Source: Candidatus Thermofontivivens primus (lineage in GTDB: Bacteria; Sysuimicrobiota; Sysuimicrobiia; Sysuimicrobiales; Thermofontiviventaceae). Taken from it: 64,000 nt of DNA. This document shows positions 1-8,907 of the stretch, piece by piece (position 1 is the stretch's first letter; every line of letters begins with the position of its first letter). The DNA is taken from NCBI GenBank assembly GCA_031458695.1, contig JAVKJW010000011.1:8717-72716 (forward strand), given 5' to 3'. A program made the position numbers and the translations under genes. Below the pieces are notes generated by a model. That model did not search any database and was not told the origin of the DNA. It was given only the letters and a program-made list of their open reading frames with translations.

Positions 1-1094
1 CGGCCTGGAGCAAAGTGTAGCGTCGCTTCAAATCCGTTTGGATATCCCGCTTCCGCCAGGAGCTCTTTTGCCTTCTTGGGATTATATTCGTACACCTTGA
101 TAGGAAAGTAGCCATACCCTGTATGCGGCACCGGCGAGTCGGTAATCTTCGCTAGGCCGAGGAAGATTTTATCTACAATCGCTTTCTTATCCACAGCGTA
201 GTTCAAGGCCTGCCGAACACGTTTGTCCTTGAATGGTCCCCACAGCACATTCATGCCTATGAAAATCTTTCGCTGCGGTGGTGGCGTAAGAACCTCGAAC
301 TTCGGGTTTTTCTTTAGGCGTTCGGCGTCGCGTGGGGGAACATGATAGGCCACATCTACTTCACCTGCTTCCAGTGCCATGACCCGCGCTGCTGTCTCAG
401 GAATTGGCCTCATGATTACAGCATCAAGGTAAGGTGAACCGCCCCAGTATTCCTTATTGGACTCTAGCCGTACTTCTCGCCCCTTGATATGGTGAACGAA
501 TTTGAATGGACCGGTTCCCATAGGAGCCGTATAGTACTTATCACCTAACTTCCTCACCTGGGTGGGACTATTCATGCATAGAGGTGCGTAGGCAAGTTGA
601 GCAGGAAGCGGGGAAAAACGACCCGCCGTAATAATATTTACTGTATACTCATCTATCGGCACAACCTTCTCGATCATCGTAAAGGCTGGGCGGGCTGGAC
701 CTCTCGTTGCAGGATCCAACAGCCGCTCAACATTGAACTTTACAGCCTCTGCGTTAAACGGTGTACCATCATGGAACTTTACTCCTCGCCGCAGCTTGAA
801 GGTCCAGGTCTTCCCATCGGCCCCCACGGACCATGATTCTGCCAAGTGGGGAAGTACGCCCCCACCTTTCGGATCTATCCGTGTGAGCGTTTCGGTCACG
901 AGGAGGATGATCCCTAGGTTAGGAATACCTGTGGCGAGGTTACAATCGAAAATGGGAATATCCGTTCCTAGGGAGATCACAAGTGTGCCACCACGCTTTG
1001 GAGGCGCTGCCTCGCCCACGCGTCCAACCGACATCAAAGCAATCGCCATGAGGAAAGCAATTGTCAATGCCGAAACACGATAGATGACCTTCAT
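1..1094 (-). CDS. ABC transporter substrate-binding protein, family 5 (peptide/nickel, OppA/DppA-like); 3' end runs off the window
   Basis: Not in the ORF track. Manual translation from ATG 1094: MKVIYRVSALTIAFLMAIALM..PPKRGGTLVI..PHLAESWSVGADGKTWTFKLRRGVKFHDGTPFNAEAVKFN..GTGPFKF..RVRQALNYAVD. ATGA overlap with the lrp stop. Confidence 0.93.
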   Translation of the reverse strand, partial: MKVIYRVSALTIAFLMAIALMSVGRVGEAAPPKRGGTLVISLGTDIPIFDCNLATGIPNLGIILLVTETLTRIDPKGGGVLPHLAESWSVGADGKTWTFKLRRGVKFHDGTPFNAEAVKFNVERLLDPATRGPARPAFTMIEKVVPIDEYTVNIITAGRFSPLPAQLAYAPLCMNSPTQVRKLGDKYYTAPMGTGPFKFVHHIKGREVRLESNKEYWGGSPYLDAVIMRPIPETAARVMALEAGEVDVAYHVPPRDAERLKKNPKFEVLTPPPQRKIFIGMNVLWGPFKDKRVRQALNYAVDKKAIVDKIFLGLAKITDSPVPHTGYGYFPIKVYEYNPKKAKELLAEAGYPNGFEATLHFAPG

Positions 1095-1702
1095 GGATTG
1101 TCTCCCCCTTTTTCCCCTGGATTGTGCTCATTCGTTGATTGGTCGTTTGGTATTGGCAGACGTGTCGCTCGCAATCTCCGCTTTGGTCTTTGTCCTCGTG
1201 AAATCCCTCTTGGCTTTGGGAGTCTAGATTTTGAAAAGTCAAGCTCTGAAATCGGAGGGATTTCCCATTCATAACTTCGCTTCAGAATATCCAACTGAAT
1301 TGAAGTCTCAGTGCGTCGCACCCCTGGCACTTGCGCTAGTTTTTCAATAAGGAATTTAAGAAGTGCCTGATTAGAAGGGAAAAGGCATTCAATGATAATG
1401 TCATGAGCCCCTGTTGCGTAGCCGACATACCGAACTTCTTTCATACGAACGAGTTCCTGGGCAACTTCTGTAAGTCTTGGCAGATCGACGTCTACGCTGA
1501 TTAAAGCAACGGTATTCAGCCCAATTTTAAAAGGGTTCGCAACAGCGGCAATTTTGACTATCCCTTCATGGATCAGCCTTTCGATCCTTCGCCTGACAGT
1601 TCCCTCGGCGACTCCAAGGTGTCGAGCGATCTCACTGTTAGGCATCCTGCCATCCCGTTGCAACAAACCGATGATTTGCCTATCAAGCTCATCTATCCCC
1701 AT
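1091..1702 (-). CDS. Lrp/AsnC family transcriptional regulator with ~50 aa basic C-terminal tail
   Basis: IDELDRQIIGLLQRDGRMPNSEIARHLGVAEGTVRRRIERL HTH, followed by a RAM domain (ATGAHDIII..VPGVRRTET). Confidence 0.93.
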   Translation of the reverse strand: MGIDELDRQIIGLLQRDGRMPNSEIARHLGVAEGTVRRRIERLIHEGIVKIAAVANPFKIGLNTVALISVDVDLPRLTEVAQELVRMKEVRYVGYATGAHDIIIECLFPSNQALLKFLIEKLAQVPGVRRTETSIQLDILKRSYEWEIPPISELDFSKSRLPKPRGISRGQRPKRRLRATRLPIPNDQSTNEHNPGEKGGDNP

Positions 1703-1813
1703 TGGTTTCGCTCCAAGTTGCGAACTTCGGCAATATTTTTACCATATTGTACGAATTATGTCAAGCTGGAAAGCCAAGATGACCATTTTCTTATTAACAA
1801 TGGCACATTTTGT

Positions 1814-2165
1814 GAGGTCCCGTCAAAGGGTGTATAAATTCGCATCGGGCCGCCTCCCGCGTCACTGGGACTCCGTCCTTGTATTGGGTTCCAGTGTAGA
1901 CCCCTGCCAGTAGCTCAGGTACGTTTAGCCTCCGGCACTTCCAGGCTACCATGAGTATTTTTCAGATCACTCCTGGGCCCGTTCAGTAGCTCTGGACCCC
2001 GTCCACTGCGGCCCGCCGTTCGTAGCGAGCCCGCCCCCGCAACTCCGTAACCTCCTGCTCCAGGAAATCCTGGATGAACTCCCGGATCTTAACCCGAAGC
2101 CACTCTCCCAGCTCCTCCCATTTAGGGTTTGAAGAGAGAGTGCTCTGTGGTACCTTTGCTCAGGT
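1814..2165 (-). mobile_element. IS256-family remnant with internal deletion (transposase N- and C-terminal fragments plus one terminal IR)
   Basis: Minus-strand peptides KWEELGEWLRVKIREFIQDFLEQEVTELRGRARYERRAAVDG (N-terminal) and VI*KILMVAWKCRRLNVPELLAGVYTGTQYKDGV (C-terminal). End-like sequence gaggtcccgtcaaagggtgtataaa at 1814-1838. Confidence 0.72.
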
Positions 2166-2199
2166 GTTTCCTCTATGGAAAGGCGCTTTGGGGACGTTG

Positions 2200-2588
2200 A
2201 TATAGAGCCGTGCCCTCAGCAAAGAGATGGACCGTCGGATCCGGATGTTTGGACTTCATGTGGCCTAGCTGGGAGTACGTCCATGGAGGGGTCTTGAGCA
2301 CATTATCCGTGAGGTGGTCGAGGAGTTCCTGGGCAAGACCTTCACCACTGGAGGGCGCCTTGTCCTCACGGATGCAGAGGGGGAGTCTTCAGCGTGAAAG
2401 GCGCACAGGTCGAGTTCGACCTCTATGCTTCCGATGGCGAGGCCTGCTTGGTAGTGGTGAAGTTTCACGTGGAGCCTGAGGACGTCCTGCTATCCCATCG
2501 GAAGTTCCGGCTCGCAGTCCGGAAGCTGAGCCGGGAGGTTATCCCGATGATTATCGCAATGAGCGCCAAGAAAAGGCCGAACAGCTGA
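2200..2588 (+). pseudogene. PD-(D/E)XK nuclease-like (DUF3782-type) pseudogene
   Basis: LGVRPWRGLEHIIREVVEEFLGKTFTTGGRLVLTDAEGE, then a frameshift near 2385 into FSVKGAQVEFDLYASDGEACLVVVKFHVEPEDV. In-frame stop upstream; 5' boundary approximate. Confidence 0.5.
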
Positions 2589-2719
2589 TGCGGTCGCTCG
2601 GGATCCAGTACATTGTAAGGACGCACGTATCCTGATCCGCACAAGAGGTCCTGGCGCTATTCGCACGGCTGTTTTTCTGGAATGTCCGAACAACATCGTG
2701 AAAGTCAGCCTAGTACGTA

Positions 2720-2762
2720 TTGACTTCGAAGATTGGTAATACTATAATCCACTTGGTAATAC
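2720..2762 (+). promoter_or_regulatory. sigma70-type promoter of the AbrB-VapC operon with overlapping direct-repeat operator
   Basis: TTGACT(2720)-17 bp-TATAAT(2743). TTGGTAATAC repeated at 2733 and 2753. Confidence 0.75.
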
Positions 2763-2794
2763 AAAATCGGCGAAGGAATGGCAGAGGATCCATT

Positions 2795-3052
2795 GTGAAG
2801 ACGACAACCGTGAACACAAAGGGGCAGGTTGCAATTCCGGTCGAAATCCGTCGAAAGTACGCCATACGTCCAGGCACCCGTGTCATCATCGCAGAGTTTG
2901 AGGGACGGATCCTTATGGTCCCCTTGCCTGAAAATCCCCTGAGGGAGGGTCGAGGATCTATTTCCCTTGGGGCACCGGTAGCTGAGATTATCCGAGAGGT
3001 TCACCGGGAGGAGGAAACCCACGAGAGGGCAATCCGGAGTGTACGTCCTTGA
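2795..3052 (+). CDS. AbrB/MazE/SpoVT-family antitoxin (VapB-like)
   Basis: TTVNTKGQVAIPVEIRRKYAIRPGTRV swapped-hairpin motif. GTG start chosen downstream of the promoter; overlaps the toxin gene. Confidence 0.88.
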   Translation: MKTTTVNTKGQVAIPVEIRRKYAIRPGTRVIIAEFEGRILMVPLPENPLREGRGSISLGAPVAEIIREVHREEETHERAIRSVRP

Positions 3053-3455
3053 CACCTATGCAGTCCTCGCCTGGCTAGCAAACGAAGAGGGAGCGGACAC
3101 GGTGGATGCCGTTCTCGATGAGGCAAGGCAAGGGCGGGCAGAGGTACTGATGACGTGGGTGAACGTCTGCGAGGTGTACTACATCACGCTTAGGAAGAGT
3201 GTTGACAGTGTTCCTCCTGAGACTGCTGCCCTGAGGACCGTTGGAATACTTAAGGAACTTCCGATCACTCTCGTCCCCGCAGATGAAGAGTTGTCCCTGG
3301 AGGCCGGCCGCGTCAAGTCGCGCTTTCCCATCCCGCTGGCCGATTCCTATGCGGCGGGTCTTGCAAGACAGCGGAATGCCACCCTCATTACCGGGGACCG
3401 AGAGTTTCAGTCTCTAGAGAATGCAGGATGGATAAAGATCCGTTGGATTACCTGA
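3039..3455 (+). CDS. vapC: PIN-domain VapC toxin
   Basis: YVLDT, VCEVYY, LADSY and ITGDREF supply the acidic PIN tetrad. Confidence 0.92.
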   Translation: MYVLDTYAVLAWLANEEGADTVDAVLDEARQGRAEVLMTWVNVCEVYYITLRKSVDSVPPETAALRTVGILKELPITLVPADEELSLEAGRVKSRFPIPLADSYAAGLARQRNATLITGDREFQSLENAGWIKIRWIT

Positions 3456-3659
3456 CCGCCCTTGCTGTCGATACGCTTTTGCTGGTCAAATGCCACGGGC
3501 TTTTACCCGGGATTTGCGGTGAGGAGGCGTCCTATGACCGCAGTCACGGCACCATTCCAGGTGGGCCACGCTCGTCAGAGTCCGTGGCAGGGAATGGGTT
3601 GTGTTGCTTAGTGAGGATCCCGAGGTTCTCCTCATCAGCCCCTTACCGGTAGTGACCTT

Positions 3660-4620
3660 TGACGCGAGTTTGACACCGGGTTCCAGAGAATGTCCATAGA
3701 AACGGGATTCTAGCTTTTTACAAAAGGACGTGGCACTAGGTAGGGGTCCCGTAGAGCGCTTGAGAGGTTAAACCCGAGGGGGAGGTTGTATCCCTAAGGC
3801 CTGGAAGGTTGCTGCTGCAGGACCCGCTAGCTCCATATGGACAAGAGAAAGCTACCTCCCAAGCTGGAGCTCGATGGCGGTGTCGCGGTTCAATGCTTGG
3901 AGCACTTCCCGAATAGGAGTATTGATCCCCTTTCGAAGGAGGGTCTGTTCAGAAACTACGCGCAGGACCAGGGCAAAGAAACAGACCGCCACATGTCCCC
4001 GGATGCGTCGATCGGTCCAGTGGTAGATAGGCCGCAGTGCGAGAGGGGACTTCAGGGTGCGAAAGTGTTGCTCCAAGACCCAAAGCCGCTTGTAGACCAA
4101 CGCCACCTCTTCGGGTGGGAGATCGGTGGAGGTGGACAGCACGAGCTTCCCGTCGCAGCGTGCCTCCTCCTCTACCTTGGCCCGATCCACGATGGCAGTT
4201 CCTCCCTGGATGCGCAGGTACTTCCTGTAGCCCTTATTACCAATAAGCCCCCGCAGACCTCCTTTGCGTAGGGTCTCTTCCAGGTGGGTTAGGATCGCTT
4301 CCCTTTCCTGGGCTTCGGCTTGGGCCTCTTCAGGGTTCAAGCACACGATGTACCGCTGCCCAGTATAGAAGACCTGCTTGACGTATAAGGTGTCTTTGAC
4401 GCGGTGGTACCGTCCAGCAAGGCCCAGTACATCTCGCTGGATATGCGGGATCCTCCTCAAGCGCACACCCACAATGTAATCATACCCTGCCTCCTGGAGT
4501 GCTGTAATGGTGCGCTTTCCCACCATCCCCCGATCGCAGACGAAGACCACGCGGTGGACGTAAAACCTCCCGCGCAATGCTCCCAGGGCATGGAGCAATG
4601 CATCAGGGTCGGCAGTGTTC
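3660..4620 (-). mobile_element. IS1634-family transposase remnant (5'-truncated, premature stop at 3852-3854)
   Basis: VFVCDRGMV..GYDYIVGVR..DGKLVLSTS..YKRLWVLEQHFRTLKSPLALRPIYHWTDRRIRGHVAVCF. The frame continues past the TAG (..ATFQALGIQPPPRV*) to ~3768. Confidence 0.85.
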
Positions 4621-4624
4621 TCCT

Positions 4625-4963
4625 CCAGGACAAGAAATGCGGGATGAGCTGGGGACGGAGGGGTGTTACCTACCTCAGCCAGCTTGTGGTACTGCGGGTC
4701 AATGGAGCACTCACCTCATGGTTAGGGGAACGGTCCAGGCAGCCATTTAGTAAAGCCCTCAAGAGCGCGGCCCGGACGGTGCAACACCGAGGGAGGGATA
4801 TACGGCAAGAGACAGGCGCTTGGCAACTAGCGACAACTTCCAGCCCTCTATGGACCACATGCTGGTCGACCTTGGGTTCATGCATGAGGGGCGCCGCAGC
4901 GGACGCCTACGTCCTTGAATTGGATACCAAGCGGGGGATTACCTGCACAAACTTGACAGTAGC
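4625..4963 (+). mobile_element. ISLre2-family (UPF0236) transposase 3' remnant with right end
   Basis: KKCGMSWGRRGVTYLSQLVVLRVNG..GAWQ, then a frameshift into LPALYGPHAGRPWVHA. End-like cctgcacaaacttgacagtagc at ~4942-4963. Confidence 0.65.
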
Positions 4964-5030
4964 TCAGAGGAAAGGCACCTTGAATTGACCAAAATATGGT
5001 GCTATATTTGACCCATAGGAGGTAGCCATT

Positions 5031-5333
5031 ATGGTTCTCGACAAGATAGTTCAGGTGAGTGAGTTCAAGAAGAGGCCGGCGAAGTTCCTGGAGGAGGTCA
5101 GGAGCGGCACCCCTATTACCATTACCCAGGGCAAGCGAGCGGACTGCATTCTGGTGTCCCGGGACACGTGGGCACGTCTGCTCGCCCGCCTGGAGGAGCT
5201 TGAAGCCGAGGTGGAAACGCTTGAGCTGCTGATCGATCCAAAGGTGCGCGGGCGCCTGGCCGCCGGACTTCCGGAGCGCGGTGTCACTCTGGAGGAGGCG
5301 AGGAAGCTGCTAGAAGCGAGTTCCCGTAAGTAG
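5031..5333 (+). CDS. Phd/YefM-family antitoxin
   Basis: IVQVSEFKKRPAKFLEEVRSGTPITITQGKRADCILVS..ETLELL. AGGAGG RBS; upstream TTGAAT-17-TATATT with an accaaaatatggt palindrome. Confidence 0.88.
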   Translation: MVLDKIVQVSEFKKRPAKFLEEVRSGTPITITQGKRADCILVSRDTWARLLARLEELEAEVETLELLIDPKVRGRLAAGLPERGVTLEEARKLLEASSRK

Positions 5334-5351
5334 ACAGAGAGGGGCCGCGCT

Positions 5352-5666
5352 TTGGCGATCGTTGAGATACACCCGGAGTGCCTGCGCGAGGATCTGTCCG
5401 CAATCCAGGACAGGACCGTGATTGCAGGGATTCTGGAGAAGATCTCGATCCTGAAGCGCGAGCCCGGATTTGGAAAACCACTTGCGGGGGCCCTCCTCGG
5501 GCACCGTCGGATCACTTACGGACGGTATCGCATTGTGTACCGGTGGGATCAGTCCCGGAATCACGTGCTCGTCTGGTATGTGGGGCTCCGCAAGGAAGAA
5601 CTGTATCGCGCTATTGAAAGCGCAGCTCGTCGACGGGTCCGCACGGCGCTCCGGCGGTTTCCGTAA
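5352..5666 (+). CDS. RelE/ParE-family toxin
   Basis: EPGFGKPLAGALLGHRRITYGRYRIVYR..VLVWYVGLRKEELY, directly downstream of the Phd gene. Confidence 0.87.
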   Translation: MAIVEIHPECLREDLSAIQDRTVIAGILEKISILKREPGFGKPLAGALLGHRRITYGRYRIVYRWDQSRNHVLVWYVGLRKEELYRAIESAARRRVRTALRRFP

Positions 5667-6170
5667 AACTTTCGCTTCGATGCAGGCGGATCCTCAAGGA
5701 CCAGGGACTCCCATGATCAACACCCTCGTGGATGTGCGCACCTGGTGCTCCCCGGATTTCCTCCTCCCCATCGGGCTCCACGGCTTCGACGGGATCCAGG
5801 CGAATCTCCTCCTCTGCTGCGGTATGGCGGGGAAGAGTACGAAGCTACTGACGAGGAAACCTGTCGACTTGACTGCTGCCTTGGTGAGAGATGGGAATAC
5901 CTGCTCCCTCCGGGTATTGTTCCTCAACGGGCGGTTCACCGCGTGAGGAAAAACACGAGGAGAAGAGCGAGCAGAGCCATGGCGAGAACTCCCAGGACGA
6001 ATCGGTTTCCCTGAAGGATCCCGCAATGCCGGGAATTTCGCCTCCTCAGGTAACCCGGAGGCGGGATGAAGATCCTGGGCAGTGCATAGAATTTCGGTTC
6101 CTCGCTCTTCCTTCGCAACGTCCTAGGACATTATACACCAGGTGGACGAATGTGGGATGAAAGTTGGAGG

Positions 6171-6359
6171 CTACTCTTCCTGTAGCTCTCTGAGGAGCTC
6201 ATCAACCCGTCTTCTTGAGGCCCGAATTCGATCCAGGGCTCTCTCGTATTCCCTTTTGGAGGCCTCATTTTGGCCTTTCCCCGTTGGAACGGCCCGGGGA
6301 GGGGGACCTACACGCTTGCGCCATGGAGGCTTGGGGTTGCGCCACTTCTTGTTGGCCAC
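6171..6359 (-). CDS. Small basic hypothetical protein (~62 aa)
   Basis: GTG start with GGTGAG upstream. MANKKWRNPKPPWRKRVGPPPR..EYERALDRIRASRRRVDELLRELQEE has a helical C-terminus. No family recognised. Confidence 0.4.
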   Translation of the reverse strand: MANKKWRNPKPPWRKRVGPPPRAVPTGKGQNEASKREYERALDRIRASRRRVDELLRELQEE

Positions 6360-6860
6360 GGAACTCACCGCGTTCTGAATCCTACTTCGCATTCATGGGG
6401 AACAGACGAATCTCCCGCCGCGGAGGGGGGTTGGCCGCTGCGGGAGGTTCCACGTTCCCCGACATCTACTTCACAGCTTACACGTTTGCTGAAAAGGAGC
6501 CGAAAATTGGCTCGAGGCATCGCATGCCAAAAGCGGCGTATGATCGGACAAAGTGAACGTCAGGAAAGGGTGATCCCTACGCTATCTTGGTTTGTATGCT
6601 AGCGCCTGCTCCTTTTGAAAGCAAGTCGGACGGGCGTTCGTCACACCTGGGAAGGGCCCGGCTGGGCTTGGAAGTAGACCTCGCTGCCTAACGCGAGGCC
6701 GCTGGGTGAAGAAAGGAATTTGCCATTCGGGTCTGCCCGGAGACGGTGCGTCGGGCACTGCACCGGCTTCATCTGCGTTGACGTCGCCCTCGCCCTGTCC
6801 CCCCTCTCTCCCATCCCCAAGAGAGGAAGCAACGCCTGCTGTACCTACGCAGGCTGGCTG

Positions 6861-6905
6861 TTGTGGCTCTGGAGGTTGCGGGTTCAAGTCCCGTCGGCCA
6901 CCCCA
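6861..6905 (+). repeat. 3' half of tRNA-His(GTG): probable integration att site, not a functional tRNA
   Basis: ttgtggc (anticodon loop) tctgg aggtt gcggg-ttcaagt-cccgt cggccac c cca. His-type C discriminator; no 5' acceptor strand or D-arm upstream. Confidence 0.85.
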
Positions 6906-7005
6906 CCCAGAATCCTATCAGGATGCCCCCTACAGGAAGAGTCACGGTTTTCTGACAGTTCCTCCGCTGATCACTATGCACGCCATCCGCTTCGCTTATG
7001 TAGGA

Positions 7006-8064
7006 TCATCGGAGAAGGAGAGGTGTGATGTTCAATTCCTCCGCAAGCGTTCTTAACTCTTCACAAACCTCTGGCACGAGTGGGATGCCCTTCGCCCAGT
7101 TCTCACGCTCCGCCAGGAACTCTATCTCGCCGGGAAGATAGATGCGTTCTACGCCAGGAGCAGGTGGCAGAGAGCGTACTTGTCGGATGATCGTATCCAC
7201 ACGGGAAGTGAACTGGTCAAATGGTACAAAGGCTTTTACATTAAGCGCGATAAAAAGGTGGCCAAGGTCCTGTCCTCTGGTGAAATCTGTAAAAAAGGGG
7301 GCGATCTCCGGTCCCACAGAAGAACCCGTCAGCACTCCACAAAGGATCTCTACCATTAGCGCGATCCCTGAACCCTTGGCTCCACCAAAGGGCAGTAAAT
7401 AGCCTGAGAGGACCTCTTCAGGTTCCGTTGCCGGGCGACCATCAGGCGTGAGGACCCACCCCTCTGGAATGGATTTCCCTTGCTTAGCCATGAGAACTAC
7501 CTTGCCTCGGGCTACCGCGCTCGTGGCCATATCCAAAACCAGCGGAGGTTCTTCTCTCGCGGGCACCGCAATAGAGAGCGGGTTGGTGCCCATGAAAGGT
7601 GCTCTCGCACCCCAAGGGAGAACCATCGCGTTTGCGTTGCTGAAAGCAATTCCGATCATACCAGCTTGTACAGCCATTAGGGTAAAGAAAGCCATCATCC
7701 CACAATGGTTCGAGTGTGCAACTGCGGCAACTCCTACACCGTTCTTCTGAGCTCGTTCGATGGCAAGTTGCATCGCCTGACTCCCTGCAACGATGCCGAT
7801 TCCATTATTCGCATCTAACAATATAACCGCTGATTCATCCCGCAGGATCGTCAGCACAGTCTCCGCACTCATCACCCCTTTGCGGATCCGCCGCACGTAG
7901 GTTGGTAAACGCATGATACCATGAGAACTCACGCCACGAAGGTCTGCTAGAACGAGGGAATCAGCCACGATATTTGCTTGGTCGGAGGGGACACCAACAC
8001 GGGCAAGCGCATCCACACAGAAGTGTTTTGCCTTCGTAGGATTTACTCTTAGCTCTTTCTCCAT
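7006..8064 (-). CDS. Ldh_2-family (malate/L-lactate/ureidoglycolate dehydrogenase-like) oxidoreductase
   Basis: ADLRGVSSHG, HSNHCG, GTNPLS, LDMATS, FGGAKGSG, LPGE. Start reassigned to MEKELR. Confidence 0.92.
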   Translation of the reverse strand: MEKELRVNPTKAKHFCVDALARVGVPSDQANIVADSLVLADLRGVSSHGIMRLPTYVRRIRKGVMSAETVLTILRDESAVILLDANNGIGIVAGSQAMQLAIERAQKNGVGVAAVAHSNHCGMMAFFTLMAVQAGMIGIAFSNANAMVLPWGARAPFMGTNPLSIAVPAREEPPLVLDMATSAVARGKVVLMAKQGKSIPEGWVLTPDGRPATEPEEVLSGYLLPFGGAKGSGIALMVEILCGVLTGSSVGPEIAPFFTDFTRGQDLGHLFIALNVKAFVPFDQFTSRVDTIIRQVRSLPPAPGVERIYLPGEIEFLAERENWAKGIPLVPEVCEELRTLAEELNITPLLLR

Positions 8065-8104
8065 TTCTGTTGTGAATGCCGCATGGAACAGTAATTGGAC
8101 TCTT

Positions 8105-8890
8105 TTACGCAGATTCCTCCAACAGCCCCTTTCGAATCTTCTCGTAGGTATCCTTTGCAGCAGCTGCGAGTAATCTTGCGTCTGTTCCAACTGCTACAAA
8201 GCGAAACCCTTGGCGAATACGAGCCAATGCATCTTCGGCTCCTTCTGCCATGATCCCCGCTGCGATGCCGTTGACATGAGCTGCGCGCAGGACTCGCTCT
8301 ACAGCTTGCTGGAACAAGGGATGATCATATTGCTGAAAACAACCGAGGTCCATGGAGAGGTCCGCTGGGCCAATAAAAATCACATCCACTCCGCGGACCG
8401 CCGCGATAGCTTCTACATTCTCGAGACTTTGTGCCGTCTCAATCTGGCAGACAACGATGACCTGGTTATTCCACTCTTTATAGTATTCCATTAAGTCCAT
8501 TCCATACCGGTTTGCACGAGTACCGGCGACTCCACGAATCCCAACTGGGGGAAACTTGCACGCAGAAACAACCCTCCGGGCCTCCTCGACCGTGTTCACA
8601 AGAGGGACAACCACACCCATTGCACCGCGGTCTAAGGCTTTCTTAATCAGGGCAGGATCGTTGTTGGCGACCCGAACCAGAGGGATCACCTCAGTGCCCT
8701 TCATGGCGCGGATCATGTCCTCCACGGTTTCCCAACCGGCGGGGCTATGCTCCGTATCGATTAGAAGCCAATCCATTCCGAAAGTGGCCATCAGCTCAAC
8801 AATGGACGGGGAAGGAATACTGATCCAGTGGCCAATCGCATGCATCCCATTTTCCAAGAGGTATTTAAGGCGATTCTGAATCCGTACCAT
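8105..8890 (-). CDS. HpcH/HpaI-family class II pyruvate aldolase
   Basis: DWLLIDTEHSP, IKKALDRGA, QIET, FIGPADLSMDLG. Confidence 0.93.
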   Translation of the reverse strand: MVRIQNRLKYLLENGMHAIGHWISIPSPSIVELMATFGMDWLLIDTEHSPAGWETVEDMIRAMKGTEVIPLVRVANNDPALIKKALDRGAMGVVVPLVNTVEEARRVVSACKFPPVGIRGVAGTRANRYGMDLMEYYKEWNNQVIVVCQIETAQSLENVEAIAAVRGVDVIFIGPADLSMDLGCFQQYDHPLFQQAVERVLRAAHVNGIAAGIMAEGAEDALARIRQGFRFVAVGTDARLLAAAAKDTYEKIRKGLLEESA

Positions 8891-8907
8891 AAAAGGACTC
8901 CTTCCCC

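Noticed and set aside
3520..3612. GAGGAGG plus ATG short ORF (MTAVTAPFQ..)
   Set aside because: About 25 codons next to the IS1634 end; likely a truncated remnant and not assignable.
5670..6160. Several overlapping short ORFs after relE
   Set aside because: No frame gives a recognisable family or convincing start; probably a degraded gene.
6590..6800. raiA-motif-like RNA (gcttggaagtagacc)
   Set aside because: Only one short segment resembles the motif; the other conserved blocks were not found.
6830..6905. Complete or intron-split tRNA-His
   Set aside because: No GTGGCCG acceptor 5' strand or D-arm nearby upstream, and no recognisable group I intron core.
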